NCBI RefSeq assembly: GCF_018977255.1
Contig: NW_024704742.1
Span: forward strand, 113,772,001-113,836,000
From: Callorhinchus milii
Taxonomy: Eukaryota
Direction of reading: 5' to 3'
DNA: 64,000 bases
Part shown: piece by piece, positions 37,611 through 52,125 of the stretch
Layout: each line of letters begins with the position of its first letter
How positions within the stretch are numbered: the first letter of the stretch is position 1
Program-made: the position numbers and the translations under genes
The notes under the pieces: generated by a model
Seen by the model: the letters and a program-made list of their open reading frames with translations, nothing else
Told to the model about the DNA's origin: nothing
The model's database searches: none

Positions 37611-40600
37611 AACTTTGCCTTTTAATGTTCTACTGTAAAGTGGAATCACTCTGTATTTTGTGGGCGAACAAATTTGTATTTCAAATTTAAAACACGCAGG
37701 TGGCTTCTGTGTCCAAATATATAAAATTTGTATTATTTTACGTTCCCCTTCCCTACATTATTCAAGGTCCTCATTCCAGATTTAAAACAGATCTAAGACT
37801 AGAATGAAACAAATCTTTCCATTGCTTCAAAAGCAATAAAAATACAGTATTACTTAGCCCTGAGGTAACTTTACAGTATATAGTGTAAGGATTATTATTA
37901 TTATTATTATGTTGAATCTTACATACATTTACATTTTTTGCACTGGGTTACCTGCATAAAAATGGACACCATTTCTTAAGTTTAAGATAATTTAAATTTC
38001 TCACTCTTTGTACAAACCCCCAACTCATTTTCCCACGAACATCTTGATTATTTTCTCTCTTTACATTCCACCCCAAGAGAACAGACAATTTGCCAGACAT
38101 GAAGGAGGGCAGGTGATGTGTTTCAAGGCCTTTTGTAACCAGCTGTTAGGAGATATTGGCTCAATTCCCTGCTTCTGTTGGTTAGTGCCTTGATGCTACC
38201 CTGAGAAGCTGTCTGAAACCAAACCAAATTCCCTCATTCCGCACCAACATCCTGCATGAATAGACCTTTTAAATTTACTATTTTTGTTTATGAATTTTAT
38301 GTAATAATCTTAGAAAGAATTTCAGTACATCTTTAATATGCCAGACGATGTGCTCATATACTCTCTTTCACGCCAGGTATTGTGTTGAGGCTGGCACTAC
38401 ATGATCCGTAATGGGTACTTCAAGTGTATGAATTGCACCTTTGTCAATTGTACTATACTTACTGACCAAGATGGCAGTTAGCCAAATCAATGTGCCAACT
38501 GACAGTGCAGGGCATCTCATTAAAGCCAAAACATGCAAGAGTCAAACCTGACCAATATGAAAATCTATTTTAATGTTATTATTATGCGCAGTAAACCAGC
38601 ATGACTCCAAAAATTTGCCACATGCTAAGTGCCTCACTTTCCGTTTTAGAGTGAATTTTATTGTGAAACTGGTATTTTTTTTTGACTTCTATTTATTTTA
38701 GAAAATCAAAGTTAAACACAAACTTTCATGCAACCCAACAACAATTTACAGTTATAATAGTGCCTTTCATGTAGAGAAAACAACTCAAAGCGCTTTACAA
38801 GGACAGACTGCGAACCAGTGAGATTTTTATATTTTCTGAGATTTCATTTTATTAGAATACCCCAAAACTTGGAAGACACACAAAACTATCTGTGAGATTC
38901 ATTGCATTACAAAATGATTAAAATACATAATAGTGGAGTTAAAGAACTGTCCCATCAGTGAAAGGCAACAATACCTACAAAGGGACTGAAAAGACAGAAA
39001 GAAGCACTATGGCTGGATTACTGGGTTGATTGTAACTAATAAAGATCATAACACTAAACCTAATGAAACAAACAAAGTGCTTGGAGATAAACAGCTTAAT
39101 TCTCAGCTGTTTAGGGTTCTGAATAAAGCTAGTGATTTACAAGCGTGGGTTGTGGCTAGATTGCTACCACCTGCAGACTAGTCTCAGATCTCACATGGTG
39201 AGGTGCTGATATACAATGTGACCTCATGTGCCCCAGGGAACAAAATGCTGGTTATCTTCTAACTGCAATCAATTAAAGTGCCTTGGCATTAGGCTTTATA
39301 GCGATGGGAAAAGATTGACTGTCCCATTCATGGAAGGCAAATAAAAGAAGGAAGATAAAGAAGGCTATGTCAGTGGTCTCTGAAAAAGGATCCACTGTAA
39401 GGCTTCATGCAGGACGAAATTAGTTCTGTTTTGATTTAATCAACATTATTGTGAGTATGTATACAAATGTGTTAACCTAAGAAAGAAGAAATTTGTTTTC
39501 TATCTTTGTTTTACCAAATCACTGGAACAAAAAGGAAATAGCTAGAATCAATCAATATGAGATAACTTTTCAAAACTATTTGAGAAGGAATTTTTAAAAA
39601 ATCATAAAATCAGTTCATCGTCCATCCTTCAGAGAGCAACACTAATTATACATTTAACAAAATGCAGGCTAACAGATAATATTAAGAAAATTAACAACAG
39701 TGAATTTTGACAAAATATGAAGTTGTCTACTTGAATATATACTACATCATTAATTTCCAACCAGAGCTTACAATTTAAGGTTGTAGTGAATCTCACTCAA
39801 ATTTGTTAATGATTTACAGTTTGGTTAAATACTAACACATTAATGTGAAAATGGATATTTTTGGGAAGAAAAGGAACAAGATACGACATGCATTCTACCT
39901 TCTCACACTATGAGTAAGTATATCTCTTATTCAATGCTCAATAAAAGATAAATCTTAATGTTGTTGCACCACAAATATGATTCCCCACGCACATACATAG
40001 ACACAAAATTCAGTTCTCAATCACATTCAGTAGGAAAACACTGAGGGAACTGATTTCTTCCAACAAGGACCACAGAAAATTGGCTTCAGCGTTGCTGCAT
40101 AATTGCATCTCCTCCTAGATGGTGTCAAGTGCTAGTGATAAATGTGTTAAAAGGGGGAAAAGAATACATGTATACTCACGGAATTTAAAAATACAATGGT
40201 CTACCCTTATATTTCTATCCCACATAAGCTCCATCAGGTAGGAAAGCAGATTACTCTAAATTATCATTTTTTCATAATTGCCATCAGTCAATCCAAATCA
40301 CACACGTTGAATCGATTCAGCAGGGCTCCACTTCAACTTACCCTGAATTCCCAATACCCCACACTTCTGCCGTCAAACCACAGAATTAGCACAGCATATT
40401 TGGCTGAAATTTCAATCAATGTTACGTAGTATCTTGGGTGATGTTGGTCACTAATGATATGTCTCCCATTATAACTATGTATCGCCCAAGATGGTAATGA
40501 GAATTTCAGTGCACTAATGTTCAAAATGATAGCATTTTAAAGAAATAAAAATACCTCTTTCTCCATTCAGTCCATTGGCCAGAAGCTTTCCTGTCCCTAT

Positions 40601-40669
40601 CACAACCTGAATAACAATAATAATAATCCTTGTATTTGATATGGAAACAGTAATTATTTATTAGTCATC

Positions 40670-41045
40670 TTCCAAATTGTTTTGCTTCCCAACTTGTTCA
40701 ATGCCACTGTTTATTCACTCATTCACACTTTTGGCACATTCCGCTTAGACTTTTTCTCACTGGTCTCCTTAGCTCCACCATTCACAAGCTGCAACTCATC
40801 CAAATCTCTGCCACCCACTCCTCACCTGCACCAAACTCTGCACAACCATCACCCCAGTACTCACCAGTCTCTGCTGGCTGCCTATCTCCCAGTGGATTGA
40901 TTTCAAAGTCCTCACCCATGAATCCATCCACTCCCCATATTACCCTACGTGAATACACGAAAGACGCTATATAAATACAACAATATGAACTTACATTTGT
41001 ATAGCACCTTTCACAACAGGAAGACGACTCAAGGCGCTGGAAATG
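40670..41045. mobile_element. Diverged L2 fragment (+) followed by an inverted tail stub
   Basis: LIHTFGTFRLDF motif; tail-to-tail gctatataaatacaa / cttacatttgtatagcacctttcac. Confidence 0.65.
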
Positions 41046-41214
41046 GAAGTAGTTGTTATTTATGACCTCATCATCCAACAATTATGGAGAATAATGGGTA
41101 TTTACATTCAACTCAACAAGGTTTATGAAGCAATAAGTAGGAACCCAGTTGTGAAGTCGATTGGCCGATTGTTTTCTGGGGGCAAGAAAACTTTAAAAAG
41201 CTCTAAAAAATAAT

Positions 41215-41645
41215 GATAATTTGGTCACTCAATTCACAACTGTTTGTGGGACACTGGTGTCTGTACAATTGGCTGCTGTGTTTCGCCCAAAAAATCCACA
41301 ATTCACTTTACAGTATATTCCTTGCTATAGTATATTCCGTTAAACAAAATAGTCAATTCACTTTACAATATATTCTGTGAAGTGCTTTGAGACGTCTCAA
41401 AGACGTGATAAGCTGCTATATCAAATACAAGGATTATTAGTCGGGCTTTTGAACTCATGTAGTATAGGCTGACACTCCAGTAGTAAGCAGTGTTTGTGGT
41501 GTGCTGCAGTGTTGAAGATATGTCCTTCAGATGAGATGATAAAACAAGTTCTTGTTCCTATCTGCTTGGGTGGATGTTAAAGCTTTGAGATGTCTCAATG
41601 GTGTGATAAGGCGCTATATCAAATGCAAGGATTCTTATTATTATA
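41215..41645 (+). mobile_element. Cluster of SINE fragments (young 3' half, older Deu-SINE segment, extra tail)
   Basis: Core plus tail 41215-41440 with an internal caattcactttaca duplication; older-type ggctgacactccagt...cagatgagatg at 41445-41580; tail at 41580-41645. Confidence 0.75.
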
Positions 41646-43157
41646 TGTTTAAACCAACTTTGCTTGCATTTCTAGTATATAATTTGCTTCTTTTAATGGC
41701 TTAGAACTGTCCAAATTACAATGGTGTGTGTTCTAAGTACATAAACTATGAATAAAGTAATCTATCAGTACCTCACCAATATCACCAATAATGAGTAAAA
41801 AGGGTACATTTGTGTTATAGTGAAAATTTGAGCAATTATTTGCTCTCCTTGGACAGTTTTCAAAGTTGCCCTTTGGAAATTAGCTACAAAAAGATCATAC
41901 TACTATATACACCACAATAAAGAAACCATTTTTGAATGGATATGAGAATAATTCACTGGATGGATGCTTTATAGAAAAATACATGGAAATTCTATTTATA
42001 ACCTATGCAGAAATTGGACTCTATTTTCTGATAATTTACAAATAGTTTACAAAAAAGTCTTGAGTTAAAGGTGTATTTACATTATGAATGGAGGAACGTG
42101 AGAAATGTATGAGAATAGCTTTCTGCATGTGAATTTCTAGAAGCATGGATGAGATTGACAATAACGCAGTATGGCTCATGACAAAATATAGTACAGTACG
42201 TTCAATGGCAGATTTCTAAAAAGTAATCCTTAAGGATAAATGCGCTGTAATATTCTTTGGTCTTTTTCTATGTGTTTCATTATACAAACAAAATAGGATT
42301 CTTAGAAGGTTTATTCAAACAAACATTTTGGGTTGTAGGACTGTATTAAATATTATGAATATTCTCAATTACTTTCACTTTGATTCTCAAATTTCGTCAA
42401 TCAAGCCTTTCTTTCTAATGAAAACTAAAACAAATATAAAAAGCCCTCAAGACATGGTTAATTTAATAAATTCATTTCTTGGTGCTGGTCAAGAACTCTT
42501 GATTAAAACATCTAAAAACAGTCTGTTTCTAATCTAGATTGGTTTGCTGATTCATATTTAAAATTTTCATTCTTGAACCAAGTTAATTATGTGTACTAAA
42601 CAATATTTGACTTCTCTATCCTCAAGTTCCCAATTCATCTGCAAATTATGTATCCAAGACAGATTTTTGATTTCTATAACTAATCAATGGGTCACGAAGG
42701 GTCACTCATTCTAAAAATAATCTGTATCTGCAAATTACTGAAAGAATTAATACTTTTGATTTTAATGTTTTTTCTTGTAGTAATCAAAAGGACTGTAAAT
42801 CAATAACAACAAATTACATTTGTATAGCGCCTTTCAAGTCGGGAGGACGTCCCAAGGCACTATTTAATCAATAAACAGGTGTATTTTCAGGATCTATTGA
42901 TGTCAATTGTTATCTATTGTGCTTCTTTGCCTCCTTTTTATTTCACTGCTACAATCTATATAATGCCCAGAGGAAACATTTATCATCGTTAGATTTGCTT
43001 CTTTTCATGATTTCAAAGAAAAACTGTGAAACAGTAGTCATGCTCTGCCATCTCACTTATTGCAAGCTTTATTTTTTCCATTCAATAAGTGTCTGCTTCT
43101 TCCAATATAATCTAGTTTTCACTGTTTTATGTTTTCCAGTTCTAATTCTTGCTAGGG

Positions 43158-43345
43158 TAATAATAATGATAATAATAACCCTTGCATTTCATATAGCACT
43201 CATCAAGGCATTGAGATGTCTCAAAGTGCTTCACAGAATATATTGTAATGTGGATTGACTGTGTATTTTGTGGACAAACACAGCAGCCAATTATGCATAG
43301 CAGTGTCCCACAAACAGTCAAGAATTAACTGCCCAATTTTTTTGA
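43158..43345 (-). mobile_element. SINE 3' half, diverged
   Basis: Tail and core recognisable; no head. Confidence 0.8.
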
Positions 43346-45171
43346 GAGGGGAGGGATTAAGGGTTAGGGTTACCCCCAGAAAGCAATCTAACAACCGGTT
43401 ACAGTTTTTCAAAATTACCCCTTTTTTATATTTAATTTATACAGCTTTTCAATATTTAATTAAAGGGTACAGTTCCACAGGCACCTACAGTACGCTCCAG
43501 TATCGTGTCCAAGTGCCTATTCTTCATTCATCAGTCCTGACAGTGTGTTGGACAAACTCTTTCTAGACAAATTGCCTTTACTCTACTCAAAGTAAATCAT
43601 AAACTTCTCAACAAAGCTAGTGTCAAATAGAATCAAATGTTTTTAATTGGACTCAATACCATACTTCGAAGATCTAGGTTAATATTAGACATCAGAGCAT
43701 CAATATCTGAAAAAGTGATGTCCTACATGGTAACTACAGTTATAATCAGTTTTGTTTTAATGGCTTAATTTTTAGTTGTCAGATATTTTCCTATAGTTGG
43801 CATCCTAGTTTTTTTTAAAAAAACTTATTTAGTGATGCCATTTTGAGGAGAAATCCCACAGAGAAGGAAGAAAAATCATGCCAAAAATGTCAGGCCAAGA
43901 CCATCTTAAGCACTTCCAAGTTGTCGAAAATATCCCTGTTAGAATTATAATCCATCATTTGAGTAATCTGTAATTTATCATAGGAAACAAAGTCCCAAAT
44001 GTATTACTGGATAGACTGGTATTCATGAATACAGTCAACCCAATATGTTTGTCAGATGCATAACATTAAATCAGTTATGCATGAAATATACATTTTAGCA
44101 TTTTCACCTGGTACAAATATATCAACATTCACATATGCAGAATAGGCAGGAAGGTCGCAGATAAAATCAAATAGAAAAAGGTGAAGAAAATCAACATTAC
44201 TATAGGAAGAATATTGCAGAGATGGAGAGAGTAGAGCATAGATTTAGGATATTACCAGGGATGAGAGGACACAGCTACCAAGGAAGTCAGAGAATAACAG
44301 CAGCAAATTATATTTATATAGCACTTTTCACATAGACAGGAATGTTCCCAAAGCACTGGATATTTAAGAGTTTGCACTGACCTGGGGGTTGGAATCAAGA
44401 GCGTTGGAGGGTTGACACCTTGGGATAACAGTATTTATAAATATAAGCATTCAGTATTAAAGCACAGAAATAATGCTAAACCTGCATAAATCATTGATTA
44501 TGTCATAGTTCAAATGGCAGGATTTGCCATGCCCTTCGGTCTGATACCAAACAGCAGTCCTTGCAGCAAAGTACTAGGCTTGCCCAACTCTTTTTTCCTG
44601 CAGCAAAAATATATATTCCCTAAAGCAGCAATTGTGGAGAAACTTCACAAGCTATTCCTGCAGCTGGGAAAGCATGAGGAAATGTGTGTCAAAGTGAACC
44701 CAAGGTTGTTGCCAATGAAGGTCTCCAACTCTGGCCACCAACCACTCCATAATCTGTCATAACTTGGCCACCTGCACATCAGATATCCAACAACACCAAT
44801 CCCCTTAAAAAATACTAATTATGCCAACCCTTATGTTTTCACCAAACTGCACAAAATTCCTTTATGCAGAACCGTTGATACACAAAAAGTGTAGAGACTA
44901 TTTGTTGCACCAACAATAGTAGGATATTTATGCACAGGGACATACAAGACAATAAAACACTAAAATCATCATTTGTTGCAAGTATATCAGAGGATTTGAA
45001 TGGATCGATTTTGAGATACTCTCACTCATTTTCAAATCCCTTCATGCCCTCGTTCCTCCCTACCTATCCAAGTTGCTTTCCCCCTGAACAGTAATAAGCA
45101 ATTCAGAGCCAAGTACACTGATCATTTCTTTTGTTTAGATACATTGTTACTGTAAGACAGGAAGACAGGAA

Positions 45172-46062
45172 CAATAATAATTCTTGCATTTGATATAGCG
45201 CCTTATCATGTCTTCGAGCCATCTCAAAGCACTTCACACAATATACTGTAAAGTGAATTGACTGCCTATTTTGTGGGCGAAACTCAGCAGCCAATTGCGC
45301 ACAGCAGTGTCCCACAAACAGTCATGGATTGAGTGACCAATTTATTATTATTATTTTTTGAAGGGATTATTATGCCCAGAAAGTGATCCACCAATCGACT
45401 AACGACCGAATCCCTACTTACTGCTGGGTAATCAGAGACTTGTGGAATAATAATAAATAATAATCCTTGCCTTTAATATAGCGCTTTTCACGTCTTCTCG
45501 ACGTCTCAAAGCGTTTCACAGAATAGACTGTAAAGTGAATTGACTATATTTGTGGGCAAAACGCGGCAGCTAATTGCGCACAGCAGTGTCCCACAAACAG
45601 TCGTGGATTGAAAATTACCAATTTATTATTGTTTTTTTTTTGGAGGGATTATTATTAAGGTGTGTGGGTTAAGGAAACTAAGTGAAAATGTCGAAATGAA
45701 CTCAATCCAACCAGGATCAAATGGTTGATTTTTATAGATTGTCAATATTCTTATTTTTATCAGTTGTCAATATTCAACATAGCATCATAACTCTTCAAAG
45801 GATAAACAGTGGATCCAAAAAAAACAATACCGACTAGGATTTGTTTCAACCTATCTGGACATCTTTTCTTTTTAAAAAAACTATTCAATTTCCTAGAATC
45901 TAGGTGCAACAGTTGCAAATGACTTGGAATAAAACAAGTCATCAAAACAATAAAACAAGTTAAAATAAGGAAACTTGCCCAACATTTTATCCTGACAGGA
46001 ATCAAACCCGGGTCTCTCACTTGCGAGGCGGGTGCTCTAACCACTGAGCTACAAGACTCCAC
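45172..46062 (-). mobile_element. Two adjacent SINE bodies (45172-45445 long variant; 45447-45679) and a head (45966-46062) separated by 286 bp
   Basis: Both bodies match the family; the tRNA-like head resumes at 45966. Confidence 0.82.
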
Positions 46063-46074
46063 AGTGGATAGATT

Positions 46075-46545
46075 TACAGAGACTTAGGGAGTCGGTATGG
46101 ATTCAGGTGTGAGACAAAGTTGGATAGAGACTTGGGGAATCGGGATGCATTGAAGTGTGAGAGGAGACAGATAGAGACTTTGGGAGTCAGGATAGATTGA
46201 CGTGTGAGGGAAATCGATAGAGACTTGGGGGAGTCAGGGGATGTTTGAGGTGTGAGAGGTTGATGCATAGAGACTTGGGGGAGTCAGGGGATGTATTGAG
46301 GTCTCTGCTTCTCCATCTTGTTCTGTTGTGTGTGTGTGTGTGTGTGCGTATGTGTACATGTTGTGCATGTTTGTTTGGTGTGTGTGTTGTGTGTGTCCAT
46401 CTCTCTCTTTCCCTCAATTTCTCTTCATGTTTCTGCGTGTGTCCGTGTCTCTCTCTCTCTCTCTACCTCTACTGCCCTGTGTCCCTCTCTTTGTTTTGTG
46501 TCTCTCTCTTTCTCTCTCTGCAACTCTCTGTCTCTCTCTCTGTCA
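46075..46545. repeat. Degenerate ~46-bp tandem repeat (~5 units) followed by (TG)n/(TC)n
   Basis: agagactt(g/a)ggg...aggtgtgaga recurs at ~46079, 46126, 46172, 46218 and 46268; microsatellite at 46325-46545. Confidence 0.8.
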
Positions 46546-47659
46546 CAAAAATAGAAATCTTCATAAAAACAACCAAGTTTATTAGGTGGTCAACCACAAA
46601 GTACATTGTGTTTGACCTTCACAGCACTTATTTTACTGCTGATAGGAATTTACAACAATGAAAATGAATGACATTGCATACCGAAGGTACCAAACCGTAG
46701 GTACACAACATCTGTTTGTAAGATCAATGGAGGTTTAAATTTACCAGTAATCCATCTTTCTGGGGTCTCTATAATTTTTTTTTACAGCCTTATTGTATGT
46801 CCCACAGGAAGTAATACACATTCCTGAATCTCTTCATCTCAAATTTTGGGAATATTTTATCAATGCCTTCTCGAATTTTAAAAAAACATAATAATTTGAG
46901 TTTAAAGGCAATATAGCTATAAAAATACTCCTCCCCTCCCATCCACTATCATCAACATAGCTCATAACTGTGAACAAAAATGCTCATTTCCCCTGTATGT
47001 ACCGAACATTTTACATTGGGTGAGGCCAATGATTTCTGAGCAGCTGAAATCAACAAGTTGTTAAATCAGCCAGCAGCACATTAAATCTAAACATATTAGA
47101 TGTAGTGTAGTTCAGGGCATTGATTCAATAGATACTGTAATTTTCCAGATACACCATTTTTTGTATTTGGTCAGCTGGGTTTACGACACATGCGAAAACC
47201 CATTAGCATGCTTAAGAGTTTCCAAACCAAACAGAGATGTTGTCAGTTCTTGAAGAACAAGAACAAATGCATTTGCTCAGAGATGCTGATGCAGAATGGA
47301 GAGTACCTGAAATGTATCCAGAATACAACCTTTGTGGGTACACCTAATAAATCTCTTTACTTGGCTTTATTTTCTTTGGTCAGATGGGTGTTTGACACAT
47401 GCAGAAACCTGAGAATTCCATGCATCCTCCCTACACGTGGAAATTCCAGAGATAAATTGTTGAAATGGAATGCACATTCTGTCTCTGGGGGGACGCATCC
47501 TTCTTACCTAATCCCGGAAAGTATTAGGTGGGAGATATGGAACAGGCCAGTGCCCGCCAAGCAGAGGGAGTGAACACGTTGGTATGGTGTAAATATCATT
47601 TAAATGCACCACTATTGCTGATAATAAACACCTAATACAGAACTGTATAGCAATAGACA

Positions 47660-48240
47660 TTATAGAATCATAAAACCATTGAAATTTACAGCACAAAAGG
47701 GAGCCATTAGGCCCATCATGTATGTGCCCTGTTCTTTAAAAATGCGAGTTGTTGTTAAATGTGGATTTAACATTTTAATGAATACCACTATTTCTACCAT
47801 CTTCCCTTAAAGCATCAATATGTTGCTTAAAAGAGTGACCGTGCCTGCTGATTACCCTCTGTTGAAAGAAATACAACTTAATGTCTGTCCTCAAATTGCC
47901 ATTCATAACCTCAAAACCTAAGCTCTCTTGCCTTTTCGCCTTACAATATCTAATAGCAGTGTTGTTGGTTTTCTTTCTCAATCCCATTTAACATCTTAGG
48001 TACACCTCTACGTGGTGCCATCTGAAACATCTCTTTACGAGCCTGGAGAGCCTTAGCTTATTCAGTCGTTCCTCATAACTCATCCATTTAACTCAGGTGT
48101 CATCTTCATTACTGTCCTTTGCACTGGCTCTAGGGTCTGAATAGTCCTTTTATCCACAGAGGAACAAACTGTATGTAGTACTTCAAGAGCAGCCTGACCA
48201 GAGCACTGGTCCTACTGACCAATAAGCTGACAAGTACAAT
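47660..48240 (-). mobile_element. CR1 3' portion
   Basis: LRTDIKLYFFQQRVI; terminal catagaatc/ggcccatc pattern on the plus strand. Confidence 0.75.
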
Positions 48241-51200
48241 TTCAGATTTGCCTTCAGTATCCTACATTGTTCTCATTGCTACTCTAACTTTCATTATTAA
48301 GTACTTTCCCGAGCACTCAATATTTTCTTGTGTTGCTTTGTGTTTCTAAGTAGTATTTCAGTTCTTCTAATCATCCAATAATTATCCTTTTAGCTCCATC
48401 AATAGGATTTGTTCAAGTCAAGAAGTTCTAAATCATATTCATATAATTATGCATAAGTTAGCCGGTTATTCTGTAATTAAATATCACCTAAAATAATTAT
48501 ATGACCTCTGAACTACAAACCATTATCTTGTGGTTACATCATCATGGCACGAGTTTCCAGAATCAAAATTTTCTGGCAGTAATTCAAGCGACCATCTGCA
48601 TAAACTTTATTCTTGTCCTTTATAATGTCATTGAAATCCATTAATTGGATTACTAATTTGTGATCCACAACTGCATGCTTGCTATTCCCTTATGACATGC
48701 CCTTATCAGTCTCTTTCATTTCCTTATTGTACTTCCAAAAAATCCTGTAATCAGGTCACTTTGCTGAAGCGATATCTATGATAATGTCCTAATAGACTTC
48801 AGTGTAATTGTACAATTAGTTCACGGTGTCTGGCAGAGTGTCAGATTGAGTCACTGGCATAAAACAAACTACAACTGATAGAGAATGGCTTTTTATCATG
48901 CTGCAATTTAATCAGTCACAACTGTATTATTCAAAATCGTATGTTTATAACCAGCCACTGCATATGGGGACTCGCTTATAAAGAATGAGTTAAGGGTGAT
49001 TTAGTCGTTCAATTTCTTCCCTCCAATCTGATTGCATAACAGTCTAACACTCAGTTTTAAGACTTTATGCTAAAGTTTAAGGCAAAAGTAGAGATTTTTG
49101 TAAACTTTTCAAAGGTATTCTTTGTATATATGGGTATGCTTTGGCATCAAAATAGATCCCATCATGATATCCAACATCAACATTTTCAGGGAGTAATTCT
49201 AAACTCTTTTGATTTCAAGATGCATAAAGAGTCAAAGAAGGTTAAGACAAATGTAAACCCCTGTCAGGTGTTGTAATTGTCAATTGTAATTCTATTATAT
49301 AATAGTAGAACTTATGTCTATGTTGTACAATTTGTATGTGGCAACCGCAGAAAATTATCGGAACACAATGCTACCTGGTTTGTTCACTTTTAATTTTTGA
49401 ACATATTCAAAGTTTAACCCAGGCAGTTCTGAAATTTCAAATAGTATCGCACCTGATTCATACCTCTGTCCATTTATTTTTTGAACGCAGATTAATTTGT
49501 TTAAAAGAAATATACTATCTAAAAGCAAAATAATTCATACTTCCTATACTGTACAAATAAAGTCAAGTTCAAGGCTTCAAATAGTGTTGTAAAGGCAATC
49601 TTAAAAAGTGCTAACTGGTTAAACTTTGAAAGCTTAATACATTTTTTTAAAAAATGAACCTCACATTTATAAACTGAACCACTGTTATTTTTGAATTGTA
49701 AAGTAATTGCTGTTAAATACTTTTTTGGAATAAACTTGAGGCATCCAATACAAGTGGATTAAGTCAATCACATAAACTTGTTTTATTGAGAAATTGCTTT
49801 TAAAAAAACACAACTAAGATGTTTCAGATTAAAGGGAAAAACTTTCTTACAGCATATGAAAGCAAAAAATTAGAAAAATACATTTCGCTCATCAAGTCCA
49901 CTCCTTCCACAATTCTTAAGTTCCACATCGTGCAACGGTAGCCATATGGGAAATGAGTTTTGACCTTCACAAGGTCTGCATCACATGCTTGTATCATAAA
50001 CAGACACATCCTACAAGTATCTTTAATTGTTACAGTATTATAAACTATGAAAATATAGATATAATTATTGTAAACATCAAAAGAACATGTAGAGTTGCAG
50101 ATAAAAATTCTTTTGGAATACAAAAAACTACATAAAATACATATGAAGGAAAAGTGGCAAGGATAACCAAATTATAATTGTTTGGTATTGTACAGTAATT
50201 ACCAGACAAACAGCAGCGTGCATACACAGTCATAGGGTGGGAATGTTCCCATGATGTTAGTACAGAACCACCTGTTCAAGCAGCAATTCATGAAATCGAC
50301 ACTTGTTTCTAAAGCAGGTGAACAACACATAATTCAGGTAGTGTGTCAAGTATTTTCTGAGAGATTGGGATCACTTTGATTCTACAATTAAACCAGTTGG
50401 TGAGAGTGCTATTAAAGAGCACTTGAAACAAACTCTACCAACATTACAATATGGGCAGAATTGCTTTGACATTGAAGACAGCTTTGTCAGTATTAGAAGG
50501 TTATTTGGAACATCCAAAAATAAAAAAATCATATTTTTAAGATCCTCCATCAAGTATCATGCACAGCATGTAAGTGCCATCATCAGGAAGATCCTTGCCC
50601 AAAAGGTTCAGTACTGGATTCTGACAGATGCAATGTGTAAAAACCACTGGGAGGGCAGGATGCTCTGATCATAAAATTTTATTTGCATCTGTTCTCATCT
50701 CAGTGTCCAGCCCTCCCACATCAGAACCCTGTGATGCTTTTCATCCTGTTTATATAATGATTTTTGCAGACCTAAAACTGAAAATGCTTCCTGTAGGCCA
50801 GTTTGACTGCAAAACTATGCTGTAAGCCTACACTGAAGTATTTCTTTACAATTTGCATGAATTGCCTTAATCAAATTCCTAGACACTATTTTTCCCAGTC
50901 AATACATATTATAGATCCTTGAATGTGATAAAATAAATGTGCATTACTGTATAATTGTAATATTTAGTAATTGTAATATTCATAATTTTGTGTACAGTAT
51001 CTAGTTTCTGCAAAGTACACTTATTTTTCAGTCATTATCTTTTATTCTTAATTTTTTGAGATGGTAGCACTATAGTTAGTGCAAGGCATCACATTAAAAA
51101 CAGGGAATGCAAATTAAATTAAGTATTTAGTTCAAGTGATGCCAAGCTAATTGTTTTTGATACATGTGATTGCAGAAGTAAAGATTATCTCAATCTTGAG

Positions 51201-51639
51201 GCCCTGGAAAAGAATGAACTAGAGTAGAGGGTGATTTCAGCACACCTTTTAATTATACAGTAAATTTTACTGCTAGTAAACAATTTTACTACTAGTAAAC
51301 AATTGAACAACAGGTAGCAGACTTACAAACAGGAAGGTCACAATTGGTAGCTTTTTCAATTTTCAGATCCAGATGTCACTACTTTTTCATTACCGTCTAC
51401 AACAGAAATGCCATCACTGGCAAATCATAGTATACCTTGTTTACATTAAGCTTTAGAAAGTTAGAACTCATTGAGTTTGGTGTCATTTGCCTACATGTGG
51501 AAGTGGACTCCTTGTCTCCAGAGGAGGTCACCAAGGTGGGACATTACAACTGAAATGTTATCAGGGTTCTGTACAACAAGCTCTGTGCACGCCACTGACT
51601 ATAGTACTAGGTGTTTAAATAGCTGTCATCATTTGTAAT

Positions 51640-52125
51640 TTTTGTTTGATCAGCCAAATGTCTGACACATATGGAAATGCATCATCATTGAGTATCCAAA
51701 CGAAACAGAGAATTCCATGCATTCCATGTACACATGGAAATTCCATACATATTTGTTGGAATGGAACGTGCACTCTCTCCCTGGAGGCAAGTATCCTGCT
51801 TACCTAATTCCAGAAAGTATTCGGCGCAAGTTAAAAGAGCCAAGGCTTAAGGACCCCAGAGTGTGTGAGTCTAAGACCGCATATTTTGCCACTGACAGTG
51901 CTGTCTGGCAAGCTTTCCCGCTGCTTCCCATCCTGCCCATTAGGGCTTTGGCTTGCAGGGTTAAGAGAAGCCGAGTGGGAAGAGATCCTGCCTCCAGTGA
52001 CTGGTCTGATCTTCCATGTCCTGCTGATGAACCAGGCTGGCTGTGCTGTCATCAGCAGTGCCCTGGAATACTGCAAACCTGCCTGGCTCAGGAACCGGAC
52101 TACCGAGACCGCCACCTCGGCTGGG
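51640..52125 (+). repeat. Longest copy of an unclassified interspersed repeat
   Basis: Shares ctgacaca...gagtatccaaac...gagaattcc...cctgcttacctaattcc with copies at 5591, 26765, 29790, 30366, 47165 and 47374. Confidence 0.75.

Noticed and set aside
1407..46062. Most full-length SINEs are on the minus strand (sense to XRCC4)
   Set aside because: The sample is small, several plus-strand fragments exist, and the same orientation continues beyond the promoter; not distinguishable from chance.
49824..50668. ORFs and exon-like stretches in XRCC4 intron 1
   Set aside because: No recognisable homology and no consistent splice or frame chain.
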